From Patescibacteria group bacterium (GTDB taxonomy: Bacteria > Patescibacteriota > Minisyncoccia > Phycocordibacterales > JACOZG01): DNA of 52,918 bases. Shown here one piece after another: positions 17,097 to 26,391 of the stretch (its first letter is position 1; each line of letters begins with the position of its first letter). Where the stretch lies: NCBI GenBank assembly GCA_038064935.1, contig JBBTRZ010000017.1:1-52918 (forward strand). Direction: 5' to 3'. Below the pieces are notes generated by a model. The model did not search any database. It was given only the letters and a program-made list of their open reading frames with translations, and was not told the origin of the DNA. A program made the position numbers and the translations under genes.

Positions 17097-17103
17097 TAAA
17101 ATT

Positions 17104-17427
17104 CTATTTAAGCATCACCCCCGCCAAGACTAATCTCTCTGGAGAAAGCAGGACGGGGCCACCCTCACCATCAGCGGCCAAAACCATTCCCTGACTCTCG
17201 AGGCCCATAATCATCCGCGGTTCGAGATTGGCCACGATGACAATTTGCCAACCAATCAAAGTCTCGGGTTCATAAACTTTCCCGATCCCAGCAATAATCT
17301 GCCGCGGCGTCGTTTCTCCGATCTCGACTGTGAGTTTGAGTAATTTCTCGGACCCCACCACCCGCTCGACCAATCTCACCTCTCCCACCTTGAGTTCCAC
17401 TTTCTTAAATTCGTCGTAGGTGATCAT
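17104..17427 (-). CDS. tRNA-binding domain protein (CsaA/Trbp111-like, EMAP-II fold)
   Basis: 107 aa: FKKVELKVGEVRLVERVVGSEKLLKLTVEIGE...IVIVANLEPRMIMGLESQGMVLAA. Confidence 0.85.
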   Translation of the reverse strand: MITYDEFKKVELKVGEVRLVERVVGSEKLLKLTVEIGETTPRQIIAGIGKVYEPETLIGWQIVIVANLEPRMIMGLESQGMVLAADGEGGPVLLSPERLVLAGVMLK

Positions 17428-17430
17428 GGT

Positions 17431-18345
17431 TCAAACCTCCAGCCCGTGAAGTTTTTTCAGTTCGGCAATGCCATCGGAGAAGGCGACTGACGGTTCCCAA
17501 TTGAGCAAACTTCTAGCTCGCGAATTATCGGCCAAAGTTTCGCGGGCTTCGCCCGCGCGCGGTGGCGCAAAGACTGTCGGCCCACCGATGAGCGCGGCGA
17601 CTTCCAAGACGGAGTGGTTTCGGCCAGTGCCAATATTAATGATCTCGCCCAAACCCACACCCTCGGCTGTCATCGCGAGCAGATTAGCGCGAGCCACATC
17701 ACGGACATGAGTGAAATCGCGCCGCTGATGGCCGTCGGGAACCACTGTGAGTGGCTGACCTTTTTGCCGTTGACCTAAGAAAATACCGATCACGGTGGCA
17801 TAGGGACCATCGGCGTCGGTTGTTTGCCGCGGTCCATAGACATTGAAATAACGCAAACACACCGTCTCGAGGCCATAGAATTTACTCACCATTTGGCAAT
17901 ACATTTCACCGACAAATTTTTGAATCGCATAAGGAATGATTGGTTTGGCTGGCATGGTCTCCCGCAAGGGCATCAATTGCCCATCACCATATGCCGAGGA
18001 TGAAGCCGAATAAACAACGCGTGGTACACTAGCATCGCGCGCGGCCAAGAGAACATTCAGGGTGCCAGTGATATTAATGTCGTTGGTGAGACGCGGTTCG
18101 ATAATGGAATACTGCATCCGGGGTTGGGCGGCAAGATGAAATACACCGTGTGCCCCCTTAAAGATTGGCGACAGTTTCTCGCTGTCACGAATATCCACTT
18201 CGTGTAGAATCGCGCGCGGATTGAGGTGTTCGCGTTTGCCACTCAAGAAAGTGTCAATCACCATGACCTCGTGCCCCGCGGCGATTAACTGATCAACCAC
18301 CTCCGCACCAATAAATCCCGCCCCGCCTGTAACAATATATTTCAT
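17431..18345 (-). CDS. NAD-dependent epimerase/dehydratase (UDP-sugar 4-epimerase/decarboxylase family)
   Basis: The start is taken at MKYIVTGGAGFIGAEV (ATG 18345), directly after the upstream stop at 18347. It has the Rossmann GGAGFIG motif and the catalytic YAIQK (YxxxK). The 25-codon extension to 18420 overlaps the upstream gene. Confidence 0.9.
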   Translation of the reverse strand: MKYIVTGGAGFIGAEVVDQLIAAGHEVMVIDTFLSGKREHLNPRAILHEVDIRDSEKLSPIFKGAHGVFHLAAQPRMQYSIIEPRLTNDINITGTLNVLLAARDASVPRVVYSASSSAYGDGQLMPLRETMPAKPIIPYAIQKFVGEMYCQMVSKFYGLETVCLRYFNVYGPRQTTDADGPYATVIGIFLGQRQKGQPLTVVPDGHQRRDFTHVRDVARANLLAMTAEGVGLGEIINIGTGRNHSVLEVAALIGGPTVFAPPRAGEARETLADNSRARSLLNWEPSVAFSDGIAELKKLHGLEV

Positions 18346-18346
18346 T

Positions 18347-18919
18347 TTATATTGAATGATAGCCGAAAAGACTAAAGATCGCAAAGATGACGGAGACGGG
18401 GAGGATGATGTTGGCGGCAATCATAAGCCACGGTGAGTGGGCCACCACACCAAGACAGAGAACCGCGAGTCCAACCGATTGTAAAATCATCTTTGTCTTG
18501 CCGAGATAATTAGCTTCAATCTTGGCCCGACGATAATACTTCTTCCAGTAAGCCAAGAGCACGAGGAAGAGTTCTGCCCCTACAATTGCCAAAGCGAGAT
18601 AGAGATTCAAAAAACGCGTCACTAAAATCATCGCGGTCGAAACGACGAGAAGTTTATCGGCGAGAGGATCGAACACCTTCCCCCACTCGGTGATCTGATT
18701 GGTCGTGCGCGCCAGCGCCCCGTCGAGCGCGTCGGTAAAGGCGGCAAAAATAAAAAGGAGGCCGCCAACTCGATAATAGTTATCGATGAGAAGAAAAAAA
18801 ACCACCGGCACCAAAAGAAAGCGAAACACCGTAATGTAATTAGGAACAATCGCGCGCGGCAGAAGCCGAAGCACGGTTAGTGAGAAAAACCGGTCAGTGT
18901 AAAAAAATAAGGGCTTCAT
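18347..18919 (-). CDS. CDP-alcohol phosphatidyltransferase (PgsA-like)
   Basis: 190 aa and polytopic, with DALDGALARTTNQITEWGKVFDPLADK, which matches the motif D-x2-DG-x2-AR-x8-G-x3-D-x3-D. Confidence 0.85.
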   Translation of the reverse strand: MKPLFFYTDRFFSLTVLRLLPRAIVPNYITVFRFLLVPVVFFLLIDNYYRVGGLLFIFAAFTDALDGALARTTNQITEWGKVFDPLADKLLVVSTAMILVTRFLNLYLALAIVGAELFLVLLAYWKKYYRRAKIEANYLGKTKMILQSVGLAVLCLGVVAHSPWLMIAANIILPVSVIFAIFSLFGYHSI

Positions 18920-19815
18920 AATTGGCGTTCGCCGACGAGGGCGTGGATCCGTTGCTCGACTGGTGGATGGGTCAAAAATAAATGGGTCAAACTACGACCC
19001 GCACTCGGGCCAAAAGGATTGGCAATGAAGAGGTGGGCCGTGGCATTCGAAGCTCGTAGCATGGGTTGACCGGCCGCGGCAATTTTTTGTAAAGCGTTAG
19101 CTAAACCATCGGGGTAACGCGTCAGCAAAGCCCCCGAGGCGTCAGCAAGAAATTCTCGCTTCCGCGAGATCGCGAGTTGTAGGAGGGTCGCGCCAAGCGG
19201 GGTGAGAATAGCGGCGACTAAAGCTAAAATTAGTAAGACGCCGCCGATATTCCCTTTCCGGCCGCGGCCGCCGCGAAAACCATGAAGTCGCGAACGCAAG
19301 AAAATATCCGAGAGGATCGTGATAAAACCAACCAATACGACTGCCACCGTCGCAACGAGCATGTCGCGATTGCCGATGTGGGAGAGTTCGTGGGCGATCA
19401 CCCCTTCTAATTCCGGTTTGTTTAGCAAAGATAGGAGCCCGGTCGTCGCCGCAACCGCGGCGTGCTTAGGATCGCGGCCGGTCGCAAAAGCATTTGGGGC
19501 CGGGTCATTGATGACATAAATTTTTGGCATCGGCAATCCCGCCGTGATCGACAAATTCTCCACCGTATTATAAAAATCCGGAAACTCCTCGTCGGTTGCC
19601 TCGCGCGCGCCGGTCAACTTGATTACAATCTTGTCCGAATACCAATAACTGAAAAAGTTCATGAGAACAGCAAAAATCACCGCCCCATAAAGAATAGTGG
19701 TGTCACCCCACACTCGGCTGAAAATCCAACCCACCCCAATCACCACCACCAAAAATACGGCCATCAAAATCCAGGTTTTGCGGACATTACTCGCTTGGTG
19801 GGTATAGAGAGTCAT
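18916..19815 (-). CDS. htpX: Zinc metalloprotease HtpX (peptidase M48)
   Basis: 299 aa with an HELSHIGNRD zinc motif and four TM segments. It overlaps the downstream gene by 4 nt. Confidence 0.9.
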   Translation of the reverse strand: MTLYTHQASNVRKTWILMAVFLVVVIGVGWIFSRVWGDTTILYGAVIFAVLMNFFSYWYSDKIVIKLTGAREATDEEFPDFYNTVENLSITAGLPMPKIYVINDPAPNAFATGRDPKHAAVAATTGLLSLLNKPELEGVIAHELSHIGNRDMLVATVAVVLVGFITILSDIFLRSRLHGFRGGRGRKGNIGGVLLILALVAAILTPLGATLLQLAISRKREFLADASGALLTRYPDGLANALQKIAAAGQPMLRASNATAHLFIANPFGPSAGRSLTHLFLTHPPVEQRIHALVGERQL

Positions 19816-19828
19816 GAGTACAGTCTAA

Positions 19829-21796
19829 CTAACTGGCCCCGCCACCGCCACCGCCTCCCCCACCGCCACCGCCACTCCCTGACGCACCGCCGCCGGAAGA
19901 AGCGAAGGCGGAAGTAAAACTGGAAGAGAAAGAGGCGGAAAACATTGAAGCCGAGAAATTACCCGCACCAAGGGCAGGAGAACCGCCCGATGAACCAAAA
20001 TGGCCATGGCTCCCATACCAAGCCGGCGGCGGCACATTGATGCCCCGGAAAGCTTCACCCCACTTCTTCTCCACGCCAAAAATTATGGCGTAAGGTAAAA
20101 ATTTCTCAAACAGGTCTGGGGTAAGATTTTGGAGGCGATATTTCTCGGCCGTGGCTAGGTAAAGCTTAAACCCTAGCCAATCTTCTTTCAAAATTTGCCC
20201 TTCTTTAGAAAGTCGTGCTTCATGCCTAACAAAACTAACCAGGGTGACAGTGCAAAAAACAACTGTGGCAAACAGGAAATAATGTTGGAATCCTAGATAG
20301 GGGCCGACAAAATAGCCAAGAAAAACCAGCCCAATCAGAGTCAGGAAAGTGTTAATCACAATACGCGATTCACTACTCACGCCCACTTCATAAGCGCCAG
20401 TATCACGCTCGGTCTCTTCATATAATTTTGTCTTGAGGGCAACTAGTCGAATGGAGAAACTGCGCTTCTTGGTATTACTGGCTCGGCGAAATTCTTTAGT
20501 AGAAAATATTTCGCCGTTGGAAAATAGTAGATTCAAAAATTCTTTTTCGTAGTCTTCAAGCCCCGGATCATCGAATGATTTCAGTTTCGAAATCAGGTAA
20601 TCTGACGGGAAGAGCACCGACCGTGGCGATTTACCCATTGCCCCAAAAACTCGCCAAAATAAAATCGGTATAAAAATAATTGGCCAAAGAACAGACAGGT
20701 TAAAACTCTGTTCTTGGTTTTGTTGAGTAGTAATTAGAATTATCTGTAATAATAAAAGACCCAGAACTACCAAGAAGAATCCTGAGCCGAAAATTAAACC
20801 AATAATTGAACCGAAAAATTTGATGATTTTCCCCACACCGGTTATTTTATCTTCAGTAATACTCACATACCCGCGCACGGCAAGATCAATGATGGTCGCC
20901 GACCAGGCCTTGTCGGTAATTCTTTCTTTCACAATTACCTCGGCCATGGCGGGCTTGAGCTTCTGTGGCGGCTCGTATTGGGGGACGACAGTGCCGCGGC
21001 CGAAATTGTGCTTCTCCGTCCGATACCAAAAAATCAGCCCATACAAAAAACTGCCAACCGCAATCAATCCCCCAAGCAAATACCCCCAATTAAATTTAAG
21101 CCAACCAGCCCAAAACGCTCGCTCGCTGATCAAACCTTTAGGCCAACCGGCGGCGAAAGTCAGTTTCTCTTGTGAGGGAAGGTTAGAAGCGGTTACTAAA
21201 AATTCTTGATTATTAATAACTTGAGCATCGGCAGTGACCGAAACAGCATAGGGCGTAATTTCTAAATCATCAGGCATAAAATTATTTTCCGGCAGGTGAA
21301 TCGTCGCCTCGACTCGCGCAATCGGTACGGAATAATTTGTGAGGAGATTCCAGTAAAGTTCATCGTGATCGCGATAGAAAGCTAGGCCGCCATGAACTCT
21401 GTATTTAATGAGCCAGTCGTGAGTCGTGTCGGCGAGATTGTAATACCATTCGATATGCTCTTCGCCGCCCGAGCGATAAGTGGTGTATTTGCCCCAACTA
21501 GCGGGATCCAACTTGTCGAGACGCTTCGCGGAGAAAATGAGCGGGGCGGCGGACTCACCGTCGAAAACCGAGATGTCAGTGATGGCGCTAATTTTATTAA
21601 ACGGAATATCGCGCGTCGCCGCATGATACTCACCATTGAAACGAAAAGTTTGCCGTTCGCTAATCTCTGCCGTCGAATCCTGCTTGATCTCAATCTCATA
21701 AATTATTGAGTCGTAGGAATAACTGCGAGCTTGAGCCAAGCTCGGGGATACTAAAACTAAACAGAAAAGTAAGACAACGAGTGTTTTTTTGATCAC
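19829..21796 (-). CDS. DUF2207-family membrane protein with a C-terminal poly-Gly tail
   Basis: 655 aa with a signal peptide, an extracytoplasmic beta-rich domain, several TM helices, and a C-terminal Ser/Gly tail ending in a G12 run. It directly abuts lemA, which is the usual pairing. Confidence 0.7.
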   Translation of the reverse strand: MIKKTLVVLLFCLVLVSPSLAQARSYSYDSIIYEIEIKQDSTAEISERQTFRFNGEYHAATRDIPFNKISAITDISVFDGESAAPLIFSAKRLDKLDPASWGKYTTYRSGGEEHIEWYYNLADTTHDWLIKYRVHGGLAFYRDHDELYWNLLTNYSVPIARVEATIHLPENNFMPDDLEITPYAVSVTADAQVINNQEFLVTASNLPSQEKLTFAAGWPKGLISERAFWAGWLKFNWGYLLGGLIAVGSFLYGLIFWYRTEKHNFGRGTVVPQYEPPQKLKPAMAEVIVKERITDKAWSATIIDLAVRGYVSITEDKITGVGKIIKFFGSIIGLIFGSGFFLVVLGLLLLQIILITTQQNQEQSFNLSVLWPIIFIPILFWRVFGAMGKSPRSVLFPSDYLISKLKSFDDPGLEDYEKEFLNLLFSNGEIFSTKEFRRASNTKKRSFSIRLVALKTKLYEETERDTGAYEVGVSSESRIVINTFLTLIGLVFLGYFVGPYLGFQHYFLFATVVFCTVTLVSFVRHEARLSKEGQILKEDWLGFKLYLATAEKYRLQNLTPDLFEKFLPYAIIFGVEKKWGEAFRGINVPPPAWYGSHGHFGSSGGSPALGAGNFSASMFSASFSSSFTSAFASSGGGASGSGGGGGGGGGGGGAS

Positions 21797-22438
21797 TTAC
21801 TTAAATGACACCTTGACCGGCTCGCGCTCCGCGCTCGCCTCGTCGAGATCGAAGAATTCAGCTGGTTTGAAGCCGAAGGTCTGGCCGATAATATTGGAGG
21901 GGAAAGATTGCAACGCGATCGAGAGGTCGCGGACATTGCCGTTGTAGAAGCGGCGCGCCGCTTGAATCTTATTCTCCGTGTCAGCCAACTCGCGTTGAAG
22001 TTCGGCGAAATTCTGGTTGGCTTTGAGATCCGGATACGCTTCCGCCACAGCAAAAACTGACTTCAAGGCGCCGGCCAAAGAATTCTCGGCCTGGGCCATC
22101 GCGACTGGATTGCCGCTCTGCTCGGCCGTGATCGCCCGCGTCCGCGCTTCAGTCACTCGGTCGAAAGTCCCCTGCTCGTGCGCGGCGTAACCCTTCACCG
22201 TCTCAATCAGATTAGGAATCAAATCATAACGACGCTTCAACTGGACATCAATATCCGCCCAGGCCTCTTTGGTCTGATTCACCAGTCGAACAAAGCTGTT
22301 ATACATCGAAATCAGCCAAACAATAACCACCGCCACGATCGCAATCGTATTGAACTTCCAATCAATCCAATCAAACAAGCCACTAGCAATCAAAACCACA
22401 ATCACCGCCCCCCACACAAAGTTCCAAAAATTAGTCAT
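21797..22438 (-). CDS. lemA: LemA family protein
   Basis: 213 aa with an N-terminal TM segment, then WADIDVQLKRRYDLIPNLIETVKGYAAHEQGTFDRVTEAR and ELQRELADTENKIQAARRFYNGNVRD. Confidence 0.85.
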   Translation of the reverse strand: MTNFWNFVWGAVIVVLIASGLFDWIDWKFNTIAIVAVVIVWLISMYNSFVRLVNQTKEAWADIDVQLKRRYDLIPNLIETVKGYAAHEQGTFDRVTEARTRAITAEQSGNPVAMAQAENSLAGALKSVFAVAEAYPDLKANQNFAELQRELADTENKIQAARRFYNGNVRDLSIALQSFPSNIIGQTFGFKPAEFFDLDEASAEREPVKVSFK

Positions 22439-22468
22439 GATAGTAAATTATTTTATTAATTTTGATAA

Positions 22469-22921
22469 TCATTTTATTTTTTTATTTTCCACAAACTCTT
22501 GGATGTGCTTCACATATTCCACATACTGGCTAATACCATTTGAGATGTCATCGAGGGCTATTTTTCTTTGCACCTTCTCGTACCCATGCACCAACCGATT
22601 GCGCAATCCAACTGAACCAGAAATCTTTTCAGCAAAATCGAGGGGTATGATTTTGTGCTGGCCAAGAATCCTGAAAGTACCTTCGTAATCATCCGGTGAT
22701 TCTAACTTTCCCTGGATAATAATATGGGTGTTGATATCAATCGCCGCGTCGGCAATAAGTTGAAATAAACGCTCGATCACAAAAACTCTATCATCATCAA
22801 GCATCAATTTCCCCTGACGATACACCTCGAGATTGGACATTAACCGAGGTAAATATTCGCTAATAGCAGCCAACTTGCTTTTAATAATATCTTTATCTGG
22901 CATATTCCTTGATGAAATCAT
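22469..22921 (-). CDS. hepT: HepT-type HEPN toxin (DUF86)
   Basis: 150 aa with the R-x4-H-x-Y motif RNRLVHGY. It overlaps the upstream nucleotidyltransferase gene. Confidence 0.8.
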   Translation of the reverse strand: MISSRNMPDKDIIKSKLAAISEYLPRLMSNLEVYRQGKLMLDDDRVFVIERLFQLIADAAIDINTHIIIQGKLESPDDYEGTFRILGQHKIIPLDFAEKISGSVGLRNRLVHGYEKVQRKIALDDISNGISQYVEYVKHIQEFVENKKIK

Positions 22922-23327
22922 TTATAAACTGATGCTGGTAAAGACGCAACGGTTTAGTTTCAATATAGGCACGGTTGGCTTTGATGGAGAAAAAATCAAA
23001 TTTCCCTTTTTCAGCTTCTAACAAGACGATTCCCTGATCGGCCACTTGCTTCTTAAGCGCCGGGGACACATTGTTTAGATTCACCAATTCAACATCAGGG
23101 TTCTTAAAAATCCGCGCCAGTTCAAGCGAGATGTCATAATTTTCTCGGTAATCAATCACACGATGAGCGATATAACCGATATCTACATCACTTTTTTTAT
23201 GTGTGTGTCCCGTCGCTTGGGAACCAAAAAGTACCACGAGCTCCAAACCGTGGTGCTTGGCTATTTCCGCTATTTTTCCTTTATCCACTTCGTTTATCAT
23301 AAATATTAGTCTGTCAAACTTTATCAC
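22893..23327 (-). CDS. mntA: MntA-type nucleotidyltransferase antitoxin
   Basis: It has LFGSQATGHTHKKSDVDIGY, which matches the GS-x9-DxD minimal nucleotidyltransferase motif. The maximal ORF starts with GTG at 23327; the ATG at 23300 (MINEVDKGK...) is an equally plausible start. Confidence 0.8.
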   Translation of the reverse strand: MIKFDRLIFMINEVDKGKIAEIAKHHGLELVVLFGSQATGHTHKKSDVDIGYIAHRVIDYRENYDISLELARIFKNPDVELVNLNNVSPALKKQVADQGIVLLEAEKGKFDFFSIKANRAYIETKPLRLYQHQFINDFIKEYAR

Positions 23328-24610
23328 ACCCGAGTCTGTTTGAATAGCCGAAAGGTGAGCCCGCCGATGATGGCGACGGTGAGAACGAGCATGCCGATAA
23401 GCAGATAAGGGTAGCGTTCGGAGAAGGGTATGACGGGCAGTGGTGGTGGAATATAATCTAGATTATTTTCTGTTTTTCCCAAACGCATAATTGGCCGGTC
23501 GGCCTCATTAAAATAATCAATGAACGAATCGAGATCATATTCGGCTCGCCTAGCAGTTGGCTCGCCAAAATAAAGCTGATAGGTATGTGTCGGTTCGTAA
23601 CGAAAAATTAACTTTTGCAGTGTCCCCAGTGCCATCCCACCCGTGAGTCGAAGCGGGGTGTCGTCACCATTTTTAATTAATAAGCGTAAATAGCGATACC
23701 GCGATTCGGGATAGGGAATAGTCAGTCTTTCGCCGGTAAACGAGGGTGTTGTGTAAGCGAAGAGGACCTCTCGCGCCACGAGCGTCTGCCACTCACTGCT
23801 GTCATCGCTCCCCTCGAGCGAGACACCGCGATTGAAATTATTATTATTCGTCGTGACGGCAAGCGCACGCGTCGGGAGACCGCGACTGCCGAGATCAAAA
23901 ATGGCGAGCGTTTGCCGATCAGTCGAACGGACAGTCTGCTCTTTGATCGTTAAAGGATACTCCACCGCCTTGACGAGCGGCGAACTGGTTCGCCGCGCCA
24001 GGGCCCCGGCAATAATCAGTCGCTTCTCCCCGCGGTCAAAAATCGTCACGCGTAAATAACGGAAGGTGGCCTCGGGATAATGAATCGTCGTGTCGCGGGC
24101 GGTGAATTCGAGGGAATAATCATAGATGAAGCGCGAGGTGTTGAGCGTCACCCAAGTGGCATTATCATTACTGCCTTCGAGCGTCACTTCGCGACGGAAA
24201 TTCTGACTACTCGTCGTTAAAGCGAGTCCCCGGTGTCGAATATCGGCCCGGCCAAGATCGGCGGTGATGACCGTCGCCTCATTTCCAATATAACCCTGAT
24301 TAATCAAACGGACTGGCACACCGGGGTCACTATTTTCCGGACCAGAAAAAACAGTTTCGAGCGCATAGGGCGTCTCAAAGCCATCATCACGGATGAGGCG
24401 CAGGTCAGCGAGATCGGGTCGGGCCTTGGCAAAAATTTCGGCATCGAAAGGCAACTCCACGAAAGTATCGCGCGACGCGCTAGCTGGTAAAATCAACTCT
24501 CGGCGGAAGGCCCAGTGGCTAAGATCAAAATCGGCCAAGGCCAAAGGCGCACCGAGCGTCGTGGCGAAAAAAATAATTATCAAAAATCTCAATCGGTAGT
24601 AAGAAAACAT
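23324..24610 (-). CDS. Secreted protein with two tandem discoidin-like modules and a C-terminal TM anchor (DUF3999-like)
   Basis: 428 aa with a signal peptide. An internal duplication is visible: NFRREVTLEGSNDNATWVTL...YLRVTIFD versus NFNRGVSLEGSDDSSEWQTL...YLRLLIKN. The C-terminal helix is YLLIGMLVLTVAIIGGL. The family name is from memory. Confidence 0.55.
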   Translation of the reverse strand: MFSYYRLRFLIIIFFATTLGAPLALADFDLSHWAFRRELILPASASRDTFVELPFDAEIFAKARPDLADLRLIRDDGFETPYALETVFSGPENSDPGVPVRLINQGYIGNEATVITADLGRADIRHRGLALTTSSQNFRREVTLEGSNDNATWVTLNTSRFIYDYSLEFTARDTTIHYPEATFRYLRVTIFDRGEKRLIIAGALARRTSSPLVKAVEYPLTIKEQTVRSTDRQTLAIFDLGSRGLPTRALAVTTNNNNFNRGVSLEGSDDSSEWQTLVAREVLFAYTTPSFTGERLTIPYPESRYRYLRLLIKNGDDTPLRLTGGMALGTLQKLIFRYEPTHTYQLYFGEPTARRAEYDLDSFIDYFNEADRPIMRLGKTENNLDYIPPPLPVIPFSERYPYLLIGMLVLTVAIIGGLTFRLFKQTRV

Positions 24611-24616
24611 GAATGA

Positions 24617-26374
24617 CTATTCCAGTAAAAATCGTTTAATCGTGTCGCGGAAGCGAAAAGAGAGGAAAGAGAGGACAAGGAGCACAATACTTAAACTAAT
24701 GAAAGAAATGATTCGATAGAGATCCGAGAGTTGGGCAATATCAACGAAAAAGGCCTTGGCAATCACCACCGCGAAACCGACAATGGCCAAGCGCCGCGCC
24801 GCGCGCGAGTGCCAAATAATTCCGACGATCATGAGAACCGCAGCATGCGCGGTCCAGAGGAGCGACCACAGCAAGTTCTTCGAATTAGCCGAATTAGTGA
24901 TGACCGACACTTCCTGACTTAAGGTCAGCATGAGGAGGAGATTCGCCGCAACGCCGAGCACGGATGGCACTTTAGCTTCCCGGAGCGTAAGCGTACTGCG
25001 GTAACGATGATAAAAATAGGCGACAGCAAAGAGAGCCAGCGAACCGAGAAGGAAGGTGGCGAAACGCTCGTTCATGAAAGGTAAAAGGGCGGAGAGCGAA
25101 CCGCGCGCCGACTGATCAATCGCGATCAATCGAACAAGCATAATAGCGAAAACAATAAGGGCAAAAGTGCGCAAGGATTCGCTCACGAGACGGAAACCAA
25201 TCGCGGTTAAAATTACGCCCTCGATCGCCCAAGCGATAGTGATCCACTGGCTGTCGAGTTGGATCGGAACCGCCACCGTGACTAGTACCAGCCCCACTCC
25301 CGAGAGCGCGAGAATGTTTGAGCGATCGGCGGAATTAACGGCCGAGATAAGCGTCCCAAGCGCGAGATAGATCGCGGCCCCGAGGACAAAGAAGAACCCG
25401 AGATAGGGCTCATATCGATCAACCAAGAGGGAATAGCTTAAACCGAAATAGGCGGCGGCATTTAGGGCCGCCAAAATGCTTTCACTTGAACTGGCACTAA
25501 TCTCGCGACGAAGCAAACTGCGTAAAGTGGGCGCGAGGAGGAAAATTAAGAAGGCGAGAGTGAGAAAAAGCATGGTCGGCCCGAGAAATTGAGCGTGATA
25601 AAATCGGAAATACCAAGGGCTAAACACGAACCCCGTGCCGAGGAGAGTGAGAAGCGAAAGTCGAGTGAATCGTTGGAAAGCGCTAAGAACCAGAAAACCA
25701 AGGTCAAGAATAATTAAATAGGTGAAAAGTGAGCCATATTGATTGGTGCCACTTGAGAGAAGGAGTGGCGTCAGAAACCCGCCGAGAAGCGCGAGCGTGG
25801 CCAAGGTCTCGCTTTTCCAACGCGCGGCGAGCCCAACACCACCTGCCGTCACCAAGATCATAAAGCCGAACGCCGCCGTCTGGCCAATTAAGTGATAAAA
25901 ACCAAACGACGCATAGATCGAGAGGTAGAGAAGGGCCAAGCCGCCACCCATTAGATAGAAAGCGTAAGCCCGATATCGTTCGCGGCGGGCGAGAATGTCA
26001 CCGGTCACAAGCAGAGCAAGGCCGGCCAAGAGACCGAGAATCACGCGACCGGTGACGCCGATTAAATTATTTTCGAACGCGAACTTGAGAAAGAAACCGA
26101 CGCCAAAGAGAAGCGTAATAACACCAATGATGGCAAACCATTTGCCGGTGATGGCGCTCTCGGTCTTGGTGTTGCTAATTGGTTGTGACTTAGTTGTGGC
26201 AACCGGTTTCAGGAGGGAGTCGATGGAAGTGATTGTCGGCGGCGTAACGGGAGTAGCCATATCAACACCAAGAGTTGACGGTATTCCCGCTCGCCGCTCG
26301 AGCCGACCCACGCGCAAGCCGACCTCGGCGAGCGTTTGTTTAATCCCCAAAATTTCTTGTTCGATGTCAGGCAT
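24617..26374 (-). CDS. Polytopic membrane protein (DUF2339-like)
   Basis: 585 aa with an N-terminal coiled segment (IEQEILGIKQTLAEVGLRVGRLERR) followed by more than 12 predicted TM helices. It sits next to the DUF3999-like gene, as commonly seen for this pair. The family name is from memory. Confidence 0.55.
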   Translation of the reverse strand: MPDIEQEILGIKQTLAEVGLRVGRLERRAGIPSTLGVDMATPVTPPTITSIDSLLKPVATTKSQPISNTKTESAITGKWFAIIGVITLLFGVGFFLKFAFENNLIGVTGRVILGLLAGLALLVTGDILARRERYRAYAFYLMGGGLALLYLSIYASFGFYHLIGQTAAFGFMILVTAGGVGLAARWKSETLATLALLGGFLTPLLLSSGTNQYGSLFTYLIILDLGFLVLSAFQRFTRLSLLTLLGTGFVFSPWYFRFYHAQFLGPTMLFLTLAFLIFLLAPTLRSLLRREISASSSESILAALNAAAYFGLSYSLLVDRYEPYLGFFFVLGAAIYLALGTLISAVNSADRSNILALSGVGLVLVTVAVPIQLDSQWITIAWAIEGVILTAIGFRLVSESLRTFALIVFAIMLVRLIAIDQSARGSLSALLPFMNERFATFLLGSLALFAVAYFYHRYRSTLTLREAKVPSVLGVAANLLLMLTLSQEVSVITNSANSKNLLWSLLWTAHAAVLMIVGIIWHSRAARRLAIVGFAVVIAKAFFVDIAQLSDLYRIISFISLSIVLLVLSFLSFRFRDTIKRFLLE

Positions 26375-26391
26375 GGGTTAAAACTTAATAA

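Noticed and set aside
18346-18420. The Pro/Ser-rich N-terminal extension of the epimerase ORF
   Set aside because: The Rossmann motif GGAGFIG must lie near the N-terminus. The ATG at 18345 directly follows the upstream stop, and the extension overlaps the pgsA-like gene.
19462-20079. ORFs 19462..19917 (+) and 19825..20079 (-)
   Set aside because: They are alternative frames of htpX and of the Gly-rich tail of the DUF2207 gene. Their translations are low-complexity His/Arg/Pro-rich sequence.
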